Position numbers and translations under genes: made by a program
Notes under the pieces: model-generated
Seen by the model: the letters and a program-made list of their open reading frames with translations, nothing else
What the model was told of the DNA's origin: nothing
Database searches by the model: none
Assembly: GCA_043228905.1 (NCBI GenBank)
Contig: JBHGNT010000002.1
Location: 5,518,001-5,582,000 of the forward strand
Direction: 5' to 3'
Source: Azolla caroliniana
Taxonomy: Eukaryota > Plantae > Polypodiophyta
Length of the DNA stretch: 64,000 bases
Part shown: one piece after another, positions 14,095 through 26,481 of the stretch
Layout: each line of letters starts with the position of its first letter
Position numbering within the stretch: the first letter of the stretch is position 1

Positions 14095-14522
14095 TGTCAT
14101 GATATGGCAAGACTCGAACCCATGACCTTAGGTTATATAGGTCGATCTCTTGACCATTAGACCATCTATTGTAATGCGTAAGATATTATTTTCATTTACA
14201 TTTTATTATAGGAAATTAGTGTATATTCCAGATTTCTCTGGAACATTCTAGAAGCTTCAGGATTACTCCTGAAAACACTATAAAAGAGGGCACTAGGCAT
14301 TATGTTGAACCAAATTGGTTCAATGCCAGTCTTAAGCCTTTTAGCCACCATTGTATATTCTCTTCACATAATACATATCTTTCTTATCATCACTCTCTCT
14401 CTCTCTCTCTTTCTCTCCGTCTCGCTCACTTCTTCCTTCTCTCGAAGAAGTTCTACACCTCTCATAGTACTAATCCTTCATTTAGTACTAATTCCTTCTT
14501 TGTCTTAGTACTGTTCCTGACA
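14095..14522 (+). repeat. 5' LTR of element B
   Basis: Near-identical to 19323-19790 except for CT-tract length and a few substitutions. Confidence 0.95.
14241..14285 (+). promoter_or_regulatory. Heat-shock element (GAAcaTTCtaGAAgcTTC) plus TATA box in the B LTR
   Basis: Four alternating nGAAn units at 14241-14258, followed by TATAAAAG at 14279. Confidence 0.7.
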
Positions 14523-14639
14523 ATTTGAACCAATTTCTCTTACCTTCTGTCTCTCATTTCCTACTAATCTCTTATTCCTCTTTTCTTTCATCCCATGGCC
14601 ACTGTTAGCGCTGAAGAATATCAATCTGTTTTCTCGGAA

Positions 14640-17600
14640 TTTCAATGCTTGAAAGAGAAGTTCCATGCTTTGGAACAAGAAAACCAACAGTTGCTGGGGG
14701 ATCTTTAGCAAATCTCCTTAGAAAAGCAGCAAACGCAACAACAGCATGGGGAACTTGCGTTACGCGTGCAACAACTCGAAGCAACCATCGTAGCGATGCA
14801 ATAACAAGGGCCCGGAACACAAGGGATTCATAAAGAACCCAAGATTGGCCTTCCCACGAAGTTCGATGGAACGCAATTGCAGTTTAGAGGGTTCCTTAAC
14901 CAGGTACGATTAGTTATCCAAATGCATCCTTCCCGATATCCCACCGATGCATCACGAGTGGGTTTAGTAGGCACTTTGTTAAGTGGCTTAGCGTTGTCAT
15001 GGTTCGCTCCACTATTAGAAAAGGAATCTCCGTTACTCAACAATTTTGAAGAGTTTCTAGGTGAGTTTAAAGCATGTTTCGGAGATACTGACAGCATCAG
15101 GACCGCAATCAACAAAATTCGGCGATTACGCCAAGGTGACCGTCCAACCTTCGCATACGCTGCAGATTTTCGCCTACTCGTCGCCGATATCCCTTGGGAT
15201 GATTAAGCGTTGATGGAGCAATTCCGTTATGGTTTACGCAACGACGTCAAGGATTTACTCTTGACCTTCCCCGAAGAGCCAAAGTCCTTAACAAAAGCAA
15301 TCAGTCGCGCAGTGAGATGTGACAACCGCCTCTTTGAGCGACGTTCGGAAAGATAGCTACAGATGCCGAGGCCAAGATCAGAGCCCACCTACGCCTTAGT
15401 GGTAGCAAGACCTTTTCCGAGGGAGTCATATAATGCGCCTCCAGCGAATACTCCGACTCCGATGGAGATTGACACTACACGTCGTTGAGGGCCATTATCC
15501 GAAGAAGAAAAGCAGTGACGCCGTACAAATCGACTATGTCTTTACTGCGGTGGACCAGGACATATCGCAATTAATTGCCCCCATAGGCCAAGAAGACAGG
15601 TAAACCAAATAGTCGCTAGTTCTAATTGTACTAAACCCAAGCCTATTTCAGTAGGGATATCTGATAGTCCTAATAGTACTAATAGCCCAGATCTAGCGAA
15701 CAAATTTGATGTACTTAGTCAGTTAGAAGAAGAGTTAAACGACTAAGTCCAACCAAAATAGGAGCCGTTTGGTTGGACAGCCCTAGATCTGTGCAACCCA
15801 TTAGTGGTTCCATTCCCTCTAAGCAAGTTAGTGATGTGTTCGTAGCCCAAGTAATAGTTAGTACTAAAAGTACCCCTCCAGTACATGTCCTAGCACTCCT
15901 AGATTCCGGAGCTAACTCTTGCTTTATGGATAAGAAATTTGCTCAAGCTCATAAGATATCCCTAAGAAAACTTTAGTGTCTAGCCTCTGTAGTAGTCATT
16001 GATGGACGTCCCATTGCTTCCGGAAAAATCATAGAAGAGTTAGAGCCCATTAATATTGTCCTAGATAACTTAGCATGTGTAGTATCATTTAATATTATTA
16101 GTATCCCAGAACATCCTATAGTTTTAGGATTACCGTGGTTCAAGTTACATAACCCAGACATAGATTGGAGAACAAGAGAAATCCGGTGTCGACAAACCCA
16201 AGGGTCAACTCAGAAGATGACAACCATTTCGCTACGTCAGTTGCGTAAAGAAGGGCACAAGGAGGAAATGTTCCTCTTTGCAATATCAGTAAACCCCTCC
16301 AGCACCACTAAAGAAGAATCCACCGTTCAACTTCCCGAGAGGTATCGTCATTACGCCGATGTGTTCGATAAAGTACAAGCCAACACACTTCCTCATCATC
16401 GACCGTACGATTGCCCCATCGATTTACAACCGGGAAAAGAGCCGCCATGGGGACCGATCTACAATTTGTCACCAACCGAGTTGGAAGTCCTTCGGGCCTA
16501 TATCGAGGAGAATTTGGAAAATGGTTTCATTTGGCATTTGAAATCTCCAGCCGGCGTGCCCATTTTCTTCGTCAAGAAAAAAGATGGATCGCTTCGTCTC
16601 GTTGTAGATTATCGTGGCTTGAATAAGGTTACAATCAGGAATAGGTATGCTCTTCCCCTTATCTCAAGTCTTTTAGAACGGATCAATGGTGCCAGGTTCT
16701 TCATGAAGATCGACTTACGGGGAGCATATAACCTCGTACGGATCCGACCAGGAGACGAATGGAAGACTGCGTTTCGCACCAGATATGGGCACTTCGAGTA
16801 TACGGTCATGCCGTTCGGCCTCACTAATGCACCGGCAGTCTTCCAGCACATGGCTAATGATATATTCCGAGATCTATTGGATGATTTTTTTATCATCTAT
16901 TTGGATGATCTACTGGTTTATTCAAAGACCCAAGAAGAACATGATTCTCATGTACTATTAGTACTAAAACGATTTCGAGAACATGGTCTGTATGCAAAGC
17001 TGGAAAAATGTAGTTTCGGGTGCAACCAAGTGGAATTTCTCGGCTACATCATTTCGTCAGAAGGCATCTCCATGGACCCAGCTAAGGTCAAAACGGTGTT
17101 AGAATGGCAGACTCTGCGTTCGGTGTGGGATGTGCAATGCTTCCTAGGCTTTGCCAATTTTTACCGGAAGTTCATACAAGATTACTCAAAGATCGTTCTA
17201 CCTCTCACACAACTTACCAGGAAGGGACAACTGTTCATCTGGTCTGAAAAAATGGACATGGCTTTCGAGAGTCTTAAAAAGGCATTTACATCGGCTCCAA
17301 TTCTAGCTCATTTCGATCCGGAAAAACCATTCATTATCGAAGCTGACGCATCGGATTTTGCATTGGGGAGCATTCTGTCACAATAGGGGAATGATGAGAA
17401 GCTACATCCTGTGGCTTTTCACTCACGCAAGTTTGACGCCGCTGAAATCAACTATGAAATTCATGATAAGGAGCTATTGGCAATAGTGGATTCTTTTATG
17501 CAATGGAGGCATTTTCTGGAGGGATCCTCTCATCCAGTCACCGTATTTAGTGACCACAAGAATCTTGCCTACTTTCAGGATGCTCATGTGTTGAATCGAC

Positions 17601-19330
17601 GTCAAGCTCGGTGGGCCCACTTCCTCACACGTTTCGACTTCAAAATTACATATCGTCCAAGGAAACACCAAGGGAAGGCAGATGCATTATCACGACATTC
17701 GTATCTAGCACCCCGTCCCGGCGAGCTAGCTTTCGATAACCAAAAACAAGTAATCTTGGGACTGGCACGACTACAAGCAACACAGATCTTTGACATGCCC
17801 ATGGATTCCTGCGTTATCGATACCATACGTGAAGACTTGAAGACAGATGCGTTCGCCCAAGCTATACTAGCACAAATTGATCCCTCTCGAGCGTCGTGTT
17901 CATAGTCACAACCACTAGGTATGGACTATCGACAATTCAAATACCATGATGGATTACTCTTCTTTAAAGAACTTTTGTATGTTCCTAATGGTTCTTGCCG
18001 CCTTTGAGTAGTACAAAACTGTCATGACACATATACAGCTGGGCATTTTGGTAGTACTAAAACATTACATTTAGTATAACGATCATTCTGGTGGCCCTGT
18101 ATGCGACAATTTGTCGAGGATTTTGTTCGGACTTGTGATACATGTTGCAGAGCGAAAATGCCAAGGCATCATCCATATGGTTTATTAGAACCATTACCAA
18201 TTCCAAGCAAGCCGTGGCAATCCATTGCTCTAGACTTCATCACAGATCTTCTAGTCTCTAAGGGGTTCAATGCGATTCTAACGGTGGTCGATCGATATAC
18301 GAAGATGGCTCATTTCTTGCCATGTACTAAGGAGATCTCCAGTGAAGATACTGCCGAAATTGTCATGCGTGAAGTATGTCGGCATCATGGACTTCCCGAT
18401 AGTATCATCAGCGACCGTGGACCCCAGTTCGTGTCAAAATTTTGGAAGCACCTTTTTAACATGCTCAAGGTCACTTGTAACCTCTCCTCCGGCTACCACC
18501 CACAAACCGACGGCCAAGCTGAACGAACAAATCAAATGCTGGAGCAGTATCTGCGGTGCTTTCTCAGCTATCATCAAGACGACTGGGCAGATATTCTCCA
18601 CTTCGCTGAATTTGCCTATAACAACTCTATCCACGCATCCACTAAAGTTACGTCATTTTATACTTATACGGGATGTCACCCCCGGTGGCGTGTACTTGAA
18701 ACCCCAGAGGTGTCCACAAATCCGTGCGCGGAGGATCGTTTGGAGCGGTTACGCAAGATACAAGCGTATTTATCTACTCATCTCTAGCAAGCTCAACAAA
18801 CACACAAGGTCTACGCGGATCGTCATCGACTTCCATCCAGTTTTAATATTGGAGATCGGGTGTGGCTGCTATAACGACACATCAAGACTACTCGCCCATG
18901 TGAGAAGTTGGATTATCGGCGATTAGGTCCTTTCCGTATTATTGGACAGATTAATGATGAAGCTTTTCGTCTCGATCTACCTCCTCAACTTCGGATACAT
19001 CCGGTGTTTCATAGTTCTCTCCTCGAACCCTACCACAAGAGCACCATCCCAGGACGTCTTATCCAACCTCCACCCCCGATCGAGCTTGAAGATGGGCCGG
19101 AGTACGAGGTTGCCACCATCCTTGATTCCAAGATTGTTCGCAACAAGCTCTACTATCTAGTCGATTGGCTAGGCTATAATCCCAGCGAACGTACTTGGGA
19201 ACTGGTCGAGAATGTGACCAATGCTCGTGCTCTTCTTGAAGACTTCCATCGTCAATATCCACACAAACCAGGTCCTCAATCCAAGATGACTCGTGACACT
19301 CGTCCATTTAAAGGGGGGATAGTGTCATGA
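14640..19330 (+). pseudogene. gag-pol of element B
   Basis: gag ends at TAA 15744-46. pol is in the -1 frame: ORFs 15773, 16217-17386 (RT), 17411, 18101 (IN) and 18908-19330 (chromodomain). Confidence 0.92.
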
Positions 19331-19639
19331 TATGGCAAAACTCGAACCCATGACCTTAGGTTATATGGGTCGAGCTCTTGACCATTAGACCATCTATTGT
19401 AATACGTAAGATATTATTTTCATTTACATTTTATTATAGGAAATTAGTGTATATTCCAGATTTCTCTGGAACATTCTAAAAGCTTCAGGATTACTCCTGA
19501 AAACACTATAAAAGAGGGCACTAGGCATTATGTTGAACCAAATTGGTTCAACGCCAGTCTTAAGCCTTTTAGCCACCATTGTATATTCTCTTCACATAAT
19601 ACATATCTTTCTTATCATCACTCACTCTCTCTCTCTCTC

Positions 19640-19688
<49 letters not shown>

Positions 19689-19790
19689 CTCGCTCACTTC
19701 TTCCTTCTCTCGAAGAAGTTCTACACCTCTCATAGTACTAATCCTTTGTTTAGTACTAATTCCTTCTCTGTCTTAGTACTGTTCCTGACA
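19323..19790 (+). repeat. 3' LTR of element B
   Basis: Direct repeat of 14095-14522. Confidence 0.95.
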
Positions 19791-20455
19791 CTAGAAGGCG
19801 AAAATCTGCAGCATAAGCGAAAGCAGGACGATCTCCTTGTCGTAATTGCCAAATTTTGTTTATTGCGGTCCTCATACTATCGGTGTCTCCAAAGTTGGCT
19901 TGGAACTCATTAATAAACCCTTCAAAATCTTCTAATAATGGTGAGTGCTTCTCTAGGAGTGGTGCAAACCATGCTAATGCGGTACCTGTTAACAAGGTAC
20001 CAACTAGTCCCACATGAGCAACATCAGTTGGGTAATAGCTATGATGCAATTTAATCACAAGTCGTACCTGATTTTAAAAATCCATGAAATTGAGACCTTG
20101 TACCATCAAACTTGGCTAGTAGACTAATCTTTAGTTCTTTCGGTGAAGTTTGAACTTCCACTACTTGTCGTTGTAATAGAGTAGCCTCCAATTGATGCAC
20201 CCGTTGAGATAACTCTTCAAATTGTTGTACCTTCTCAGCAGTTACTTGTTGTAGGTCGCCTAGCAATCTTTGATTTTCTTGCTCCAGGGCCACGAATTTG
20301 GTTGTTAGCATATTGAGTTAAGAGAGAACGCGCATATATTCTTGCTTGCTGACGGACTCCATAGTTATGAGAGAGATTTGCTAGATTCGCTTGAATAAGT
20401 TTAAGAGAAAAAGAAGAAGAAATTGGAGAAGAAGAAAAGAATATTCGGTTCAAAC

Positions 20456-20471
20456 TATCGATACGAATGAG

Positions 20472-20529
<58 letters not shown>

Positions 20530-20843
20530 CAAGAAATGGAAAAAGACTGGTGTTGAACCGAATGAGTTGTGATGAAGAATAGACACCTATTTACAGGTCC
20601 TTATGGAGTATTCTAGAATGTTCTAGAATATTTATGATATTTAATATAATTATGAATATCCTAGAATATTCTAGAATATTTATGATATTGAATATAATCA
20701 TGGAATATCCTAGAATGTTCTAGAATACTTTAAATATCTTGTAATAACTAATTATTATTAATATCTGGTTAAAGGTCTAACATATAGACCAAGACGTCGT
20801 GGGCTCGAATCCTTGTAAGGCCAAAATGTATGTCTCAATGACA
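20456..20843 (-). repeat. 5' LTR of element A
   Basis: Begins TGTCATTGAGAC on the minus strand and is homologous to 10515-10933. Confidence 0.85.
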
Positions 20844-20903
20844 TATGCTATATAAATGGAAGATCTGATTACATTTTGTTATTATCTTTTTTTCTTCGAA
20901 ATC

Positions 20904-21003
20904 NNNNNNNNNNNNNNNNNNNNNNNNNNNNNNNNNNNNNNNNNNNNNNNNNNNNNNNNNNNNNNNNNNNNNNNNNNNNNNNNNNNNNNNNNNNNNNNNN
21001 NNN
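20904..21003. other. Assembly gap (100 N)
   Basis: Run of N. Confidence 0.99.
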
Positions 21004-23609
21004 AGCGGAAATGCTGATGCGGGACATTCCGGAAGAGAGGCGTCTTGCCGGGTTCCCTCGAGTGGCGATGTCGAGCATCCATGCGGAGGTGCTCGAGGTA
21101 CGGGCGGAGAGTCGTACCTGGGAGGAGTTCGAAGGCCGACTCCTAGAGAAATATGGGCTGGACGACACGCTCCGGCTTTCGAAACGGGACTTCATGGAAT
21201 GGGTGGAGTCCCCTGGCAAAGGAAGAAACGCGTCGGCACTCCTCCGGGAGTTCGAAGAACGCTTTGCGCGCCTTTCGGCGCTTGACCGAACTATCCTGGA
21301 TACGAGCCGGGTCCTACTGTTCGTCAAGTCGGTGGACGAGCGGGACCGGGATCAAGTCGCCTCCTTGCTGGAAACCGAAGACGGGTTGACAACCGACTGG
21401 GCTGCGGTTAAGAGAGTCTGTGGCCATTTCGACAAACGGCGAGAATGGGCTGACAACGGGGCGGCCGGTGCGGGCTCTGTTACAGCAAGGAGGCTTGAAC
21501 CGGCGCCACAAGTACAAAGGGAAGAAACCCGGGAATGGCTTGAAACCGCTCCGGCTTCGACCGGCATGGTCAATGGCTCGTCTGGAGGAGCAGCGCTAGA
21601 GGAGTTGACGCGGGCGATAAAGGACCTCTAGATCGCCCAGACTCGAAGGGAAGGCGGCGAACCGGCTCGTGACCGACGGCCGGCAGCGGGGAACAGGTGT
21701 ATGTGGTGCGACGAGGTCGGCCACATTCGGAAGGACTGCGGCGATTTCGCAGAGGCGTTGAGAAACCGGGTGGTGTACCTGTGGGAAGGCCGGGTGCACG
21801 CTGGTGACACCAGGAGGGCCCTGAGCCGAAACGACGGGCGAGGAGGTATGAAGAGACTGATGGAAGACGCAGCGGCCCGACACGTGGAGGCCATCCACTA
21901 CTCAGCGTCGGTCGGTATTCGGGTCGGGGGCAGCGAGACCCGAAAGGAGAGCAAAGACGGTTTCTGGTCGGCAATGCTGGAAGGCCTCGCCGGCGCGCGA
22001 CTGATGAAAGATGAAACGGACCACGCTGAGAGACGGGTCCGGGAAATAACCGGGTGGAGCGATCCGGTCGAGGAGAAGAGGGGCTTCGTAGAAGCCGCTT
22101 GCCGGAACTACGAGGCTCTGGTAGAGGAGAAACGAGTGGGGAAAGCCGGAGCGACCGGGCCCTCACAACGGTACGAGACCCGATTCGGACAACAACGGAA
22201 CGATGCCGGTGGGCCCAGCCCGCAAGATAACCCCAGGAAGGGCGGGTACCGACTGGGGACAGAAATAGAAAGGACTACGGACCTACGAAAGGTCCTAGAA
22301 GAACGGGTCCTCGACAGCAAAGTGGAGCTGTCATTACGGGAGGTGCTAGGGATCGCCAAGAAGGAGTTCCACGACTCTATTGTAGACTTGGTGAAACGGA
22401 AGAGACTGTCGACGGAGACAGAACCGGAAAGACCGGTGGAGGTGCGGACGACGCACATCGACGACTCGGCGCTGGAAGATGAGTGGGCGGAGAGCCACTA
22501 TTCGAGGCCACACTAGGCCCGAGCGACCACAGAGACCCCGGTAAAGATCGGAGATGTTCGGGAACTGGTGGTGGCATTGGTGGACCACGGTTCGGAAATA
22601 AACCTAATGTCCATGGACTTCTATAAGAAGGGGAAGTGGCCGATCAACACCAAGCACGGGTGGAAGATACGGGCGGTGACGCGTGCCACCGAGGAACTGC
22701 ACGGGGCCTGCCCGAATGTGCGAGTAAAGATCGGCGACGTCGAGATTGACCAGCACTTCTTCGTACAGGAGACGTCCTCGCATCCGGTCATATTAGGGGA
22801 ACCATACATCACGGCAGCTCGAATGGAGACCAAGGTGCTAGACAACGGTTCGGCCTACGCAAGGGTCAAAAGCCAGGACGGGCGCCATTCGGTCCAATTT
22901 CTGACCGTGAGACCGAATCATGAGAGGAACCGCGAATCCCTCGGTGGCGAGAACCGGGAGGATTTTTAGAGAGGGCTGCCAAGGCGTGGGGCCGAGACAG
23001 TCCGGACACTCGGGAAAGACCCTACGACTGTACGATAGGTAGAAAATTTTGCTTCTCCAACAATGGAGGGTGTATGATAGTCGGCATCGTCGGCCGAGAA
23101 AAGACAAGGGCGGAAGTGCGACTTCGAGCGTGCGGAGTTCTTGGCCCGGACGAGGAAATCAGCGGAGCCGTGGAGACGGTCTCCTTCGACGACACCTTGG
23201 GAATGCTGAGGAACGTAGCCGGAGAAGACCTTAACGAAGACCGGACGATACCGGTATGTTCCGAAGAGATGTACGAAGTCATCGCGAACTTCAGTCGGGG
23301 GCTCGGGTCGGATCGGACGGCCCGAGTTAGCACGAAGTACAAGACTGTGGACCGGAAGGTAAGGTCAGTCGCGGCACCCTTGCCGAAGGGCAGCGAGTCC
23401 CGAATCCGAGGGGTGGCGTCGGACCCCAGTTTACGAGATCCGGCCTGCATAGGACACACCTTCACCGACGGAACGCTCCGGGAGCTCAAAATCGGTGGGG
23501 GCGGGTTCCTACTGCCGGCGGAGGAAAACCAGTTTCGGAAAATGCTGGAAGGCATGGGAAAGCCTTCGCATTCTCGCCGGAAGAAATCGGGTGCGTAGAC
23601 CCGACGATC

Positions 23610-26408
23610 GTGGAGCCGATGGTGATATTCACGGTACCGCATGTACCGTGGAATCTCAAGCCGATTCCAGTACCGAGAGCTCACAACCCGAAGTTGATGG
23701 AGCTATTGAGGCAGAAAGTCGATATGGGTATTCTCGAACCGTCGAGCGCGCCATACTCGAACCGATGGTTCACCATACCAAAGAAAAACGGAACATTGCG
23801 CTTCATTCAGGACCTGCAGCCGGTCAACAGAGTGACCATCCGGAACGCAGGAATCGGACCGACCATAGACGAGTTCGCGGAGGCCTTCGCCGGAAGGTCG
23901 ATTTACTCGGTCGGTGATCTGCACTCGGGGTACGACCAGTTCCAGCTAGTTGTGGAGAGCAGAGACATTACGACAATGCGAACTCCCCTCGGCCTAGTGC
24001 GAATGTGTACCCTGCCACAAGGAGGGACCAACTCGGTGGCCCACATGGTGAATGCAATGAACAAAGTACTGAGGGATTGCATCCCGGACATCACCATGCC
24101 GTTTCTAGACGACATCCCGATAAAGGGGTGCCCGGTGGAGGAGAAGGACGAGACAGTCAGGCCGGACGGATGCCGCCGATTCGTGGCAACACACATCGAC
24201 GACTGCGAGAAGGTGCTACAGAGGCTAGAGGATGTGAGGCTCACCTTCTCCGGGGAGAAATCGGCCTTCGGGCAATCAGAAATCCTGGTGGTCGGACACC
24301 TATGTGGGCCATATGGCCGGACGCCGTCTCCGGCAAAGGTAGAAACCATCTCCGCGATGAAGACCGACTGTAGCTCGGTTACGGAAGTTCGGAGGTTCCT
24401 GGGGGCATGCGCATTCTACCACATATGGATCCCGCATTACGCCCACGTTGCGGAGCCGCTATACGGGTTGCTAAAGAAAGGGCAAAAATTCGAATGGCAA
24501 AACGAGCATACGGAGTCGGTCCGGAAGCTGAAGGAAGCTCTTGCGGCAGCACCGGCGCTCCGGAAGGCTGTCTACGGGAAGGGTACCCCGGTATACATAA
24601 CGGTGGATACGAGTCCGACCGGGATCGGATGGGTCATCAACCAAGAAGACGAGGACGGCATTCGGTTCCCTATCCGATTCGGCGCGAAGGTCCTCAGTGA
24701 GCGACAGCGAGGGTACGCCCAGGTTAAACGTGAACTCTGGGGTATCGTTTCGGCAGTAAAGGCCGACAAAGACTACCTGATCGGGGCAGAAGTGATTATC
24801 GAGACGGATTGCCTGCCAATTCTCGGCATGGTTTCCGGATGCGCGACACCGGACCTGGCGATGCTCAGGTGGATAGCGTACATCAAGTCCCTGGACCCGG
24901 AAATACGGCACATTTCCGGAAAGGACAATGCCATGGCCGACATGCTTTCGAGGGAAGGGTTTGACGACGAGGGCGGCATGGTTTCGGAGGACGAAGAAGT
25001 CGGCGTGGACTTCTTCGAGGCGGCGTATGTGACGACCGATGGGACGAGCACTCCGGCACTTAACGACTTCGACGAGAGCAAGTACGACGGCGAGTGGCTC
25101 CAGATCGGTGGATTCTTGAGGACAATGACGCCGGATGCGTCATGGACGAAGGACGAGGCCAACCGGATCCGGAAGAAAGCTTACCGATTCTTTCTCCGGG
25201 ACGGATACTTATGGAAGCACCCGAAGAAGAGGGACGGCGCTACGCTCCGGGTGGTGGCGATGAAGGAAGAACAGGAGGAGCTGCTAACGGCCTACCACAA
25301 CAGCCCTTGGGCCGGACACCGTGATACCTGGGCCACGTTCGAGAAGATAAAGGGGAAGTACTGGTGGTCGGGACTGTACCGAGATGTGCATAGATTCGTG
25401 ACAACTTGCGAGAGCTGTCAGATGCACTCCATAGTCCGACACCAGGACGAACTTCACCCTACGTACCCTCCGACCATCCACTTCAAATGGATGGTAGATC
25501 TGGTGACGATGCCAATGGGAGTAGGACAGATGCGGTATCTGGTCCTGGCTCGGGAAGATTTGACAAACCAGGTAGAAGGTCGGGCCCTTCAGAACAAAAC
25601 GACCGCGGCCGTATGTCGGTTCCTGATTGAAGACGTGATATGCCGGTACGGGTGCGTCGGGAAGATTGTGGCCGATCGCGGGGAGTTGGACGCCGAAGAG
25701 GCCGAGGAGCTATTCGACCGGCTAGGAGTCAAGCTCTCGCTTACCACTGCGTACAATCCGGAGGCGAATGGAAAGGTGGAGCGCGGACACGGACCAATCG
25801 TGAAGGCGTTAGTTCGGGCATGCAGAGGTCAAGTCGGGAACTGGCCGCAGTTGTTGCCTTACGCGTTGTGGGCGGACCGAACTACGCACAATTCGGTAAC
25901 CGGATTCATGCCGGCAGAGCTTATGTTTGGGCAGAAGCCGATCATGCCGATGGAACGCACGATCTCCTCGTGGGCAACCATGGACTGGAGAGACGAGATG
26001 AGCCGGGAGGAACTGTTGGCGGCGCGCATACGACAGCTCGAGCAGAGACCGGAGGACGTGGAGCAGGCTGCGGAAAAGCTTCGAGTGGCCTGGATGAGGA
26101 ACAAAGCCCGGTTCGACCGAACGCACCGGCTCCGACCGGTGCTAGTCTACGACAGCAGCCTCGACAACCAGCACCGAGCGACACGGAAATTCGCAAGAAG
26201 GTGGTTTGGGCCTTACGTGATACAAAGCGCCAACGACAACGGGACGTACCATCTGGCGGAACTCGACGGCACGAGAGTGGCGATACCAGTAGCTGGGAAA
26301 CGGATCAAAGCGTTCAAGAAGCGTCGAGACGACGAGCCGGATCCGGTTGACCTGGACCGCGACGATGAACGATCCGAAACCGAGGAAGAACCGACGGGCA
26401 GGGAATGA
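23610..26408 (+). CDS. pol of element C (RT-RNase H-integrase), 932-aa open frame
   Basis: Motifs PHVPWNLKPIP, SSAPYSNRWF, FLDD, VDTSPTGIG, ETDC, ADRGE, NGKVERGH and WFGPY. Confidence 0.9.
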   Translation: MEPMVIFTVPHVPWNLKPIPVPRAHNPKLMELLRQKVDMGILEPSSAPYSNRWFTIPKKNGTLRFIQDLQPVNRVTIRNAGIGPTIDEFAEAFAGRSIYSVGDLHSGYDQFQLVVESRDITTMRTPLGLVRMCTLPQGGTNSVAHMVNAMNKVLRDCIPDITMPFLDDIPIKGCPVEEKDETVRPDGCRRFVATHIDDCEKVLQRLEDVRLTFSGEKSAFGQSEILVVGHLCGPYGRTPSPAKVETISAMKTDCSSVTEVRRFLGACAFYHIWIPHYAHVAEPLYGLLKKGQKFEWQNEHTESVRKLKEALAAAPALRKAVYGKGTPVYITVDTSPTGIGWVINQEDEDGIRFPIRFGAKVLSERQRGYAQVKRELWGIVSAVKADKDYLIGAEVIIETDCLPILGMVSGCATPDLAMLRWIAYIKSLDPEIRHISGKDNAMADMLSREGFDDEGGMVSEDEEVGVDFFEAAYVTTDGTSTPALNDFDESKYDGEWLQIGGFLRTMTPDASWTKDEANRIRKKAYRFFLRDGYLWKHPKKRDGATLRVVAMKEEQEELLTAYHNSPWAGHRDTWATFEKIKGKYWWSGLYRDVHRFVTTCESCQMHSIVRHQDELHPTYPPTIHFKWMVDLVTMPMGVGQMRYLVLAREDLTNQVEGRALQNKTTAAVCRFLIEDVICRYGCVGKIVADRGELDAEEAEELFDRLGVKLSLTTAYNPEANGKVERGHGPIVKALVRACRGQVGNWPQLLPYALWADRTTHNSVTGFMPAELMFGQKPIMPMERTISSWATMDWRDEMSREELLAARIRQLEQRPEDVEQAAEKLRVAWMRNKARFDRTHRLRPVLVYDSSLDNQHRATRKFARRWFGPYVIQSANDNGTYHLAELDGTRVAIPVAGKRIKAFKKRRDDEPDPVDLDRDDERSETEEEPTGRE

Positions 26409-26481
26409 AGGCTGGACAGGTTTTCTCCGTCCCAACACAATTTGGCGCATGCCGGTGGATGCGCGGTTAGGTGGGGGCGGA

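Larger units (their letters stand above)
14095..19790 (+). mobile_element. Element B: full-length Tcn1-like chromovirus nested in A gag
   Basis: LTRs 14095-14522 and 19323-19790 (TGTCA...TGACA). Perfect 5-bp TSD CTAGA (14090-94 and 19791-95). PPT aaaggggggatag. gag, PR LLDSGA, RT YLDD, RH, IN and chromodomain present with several stops. Confidence 0.97.
10515..20843 (-). mobile_element. Element A: Tcn1-like chromovirus (Ty3/gypsy), RT internally deleted, interrupted by element B
   Basis: LTRs 10515-10933 and 20456-20843. TSD tatgt/tatgc (one mismatch). PPT at ~10936-10948. Gag at 19790-20311 and 13551-14094 with CLYCGGPGH. RH, integrase GPY/F and chromodomain (YYLANWLGY...TWEP) in 10926-12965. 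Confidence 0.9.
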
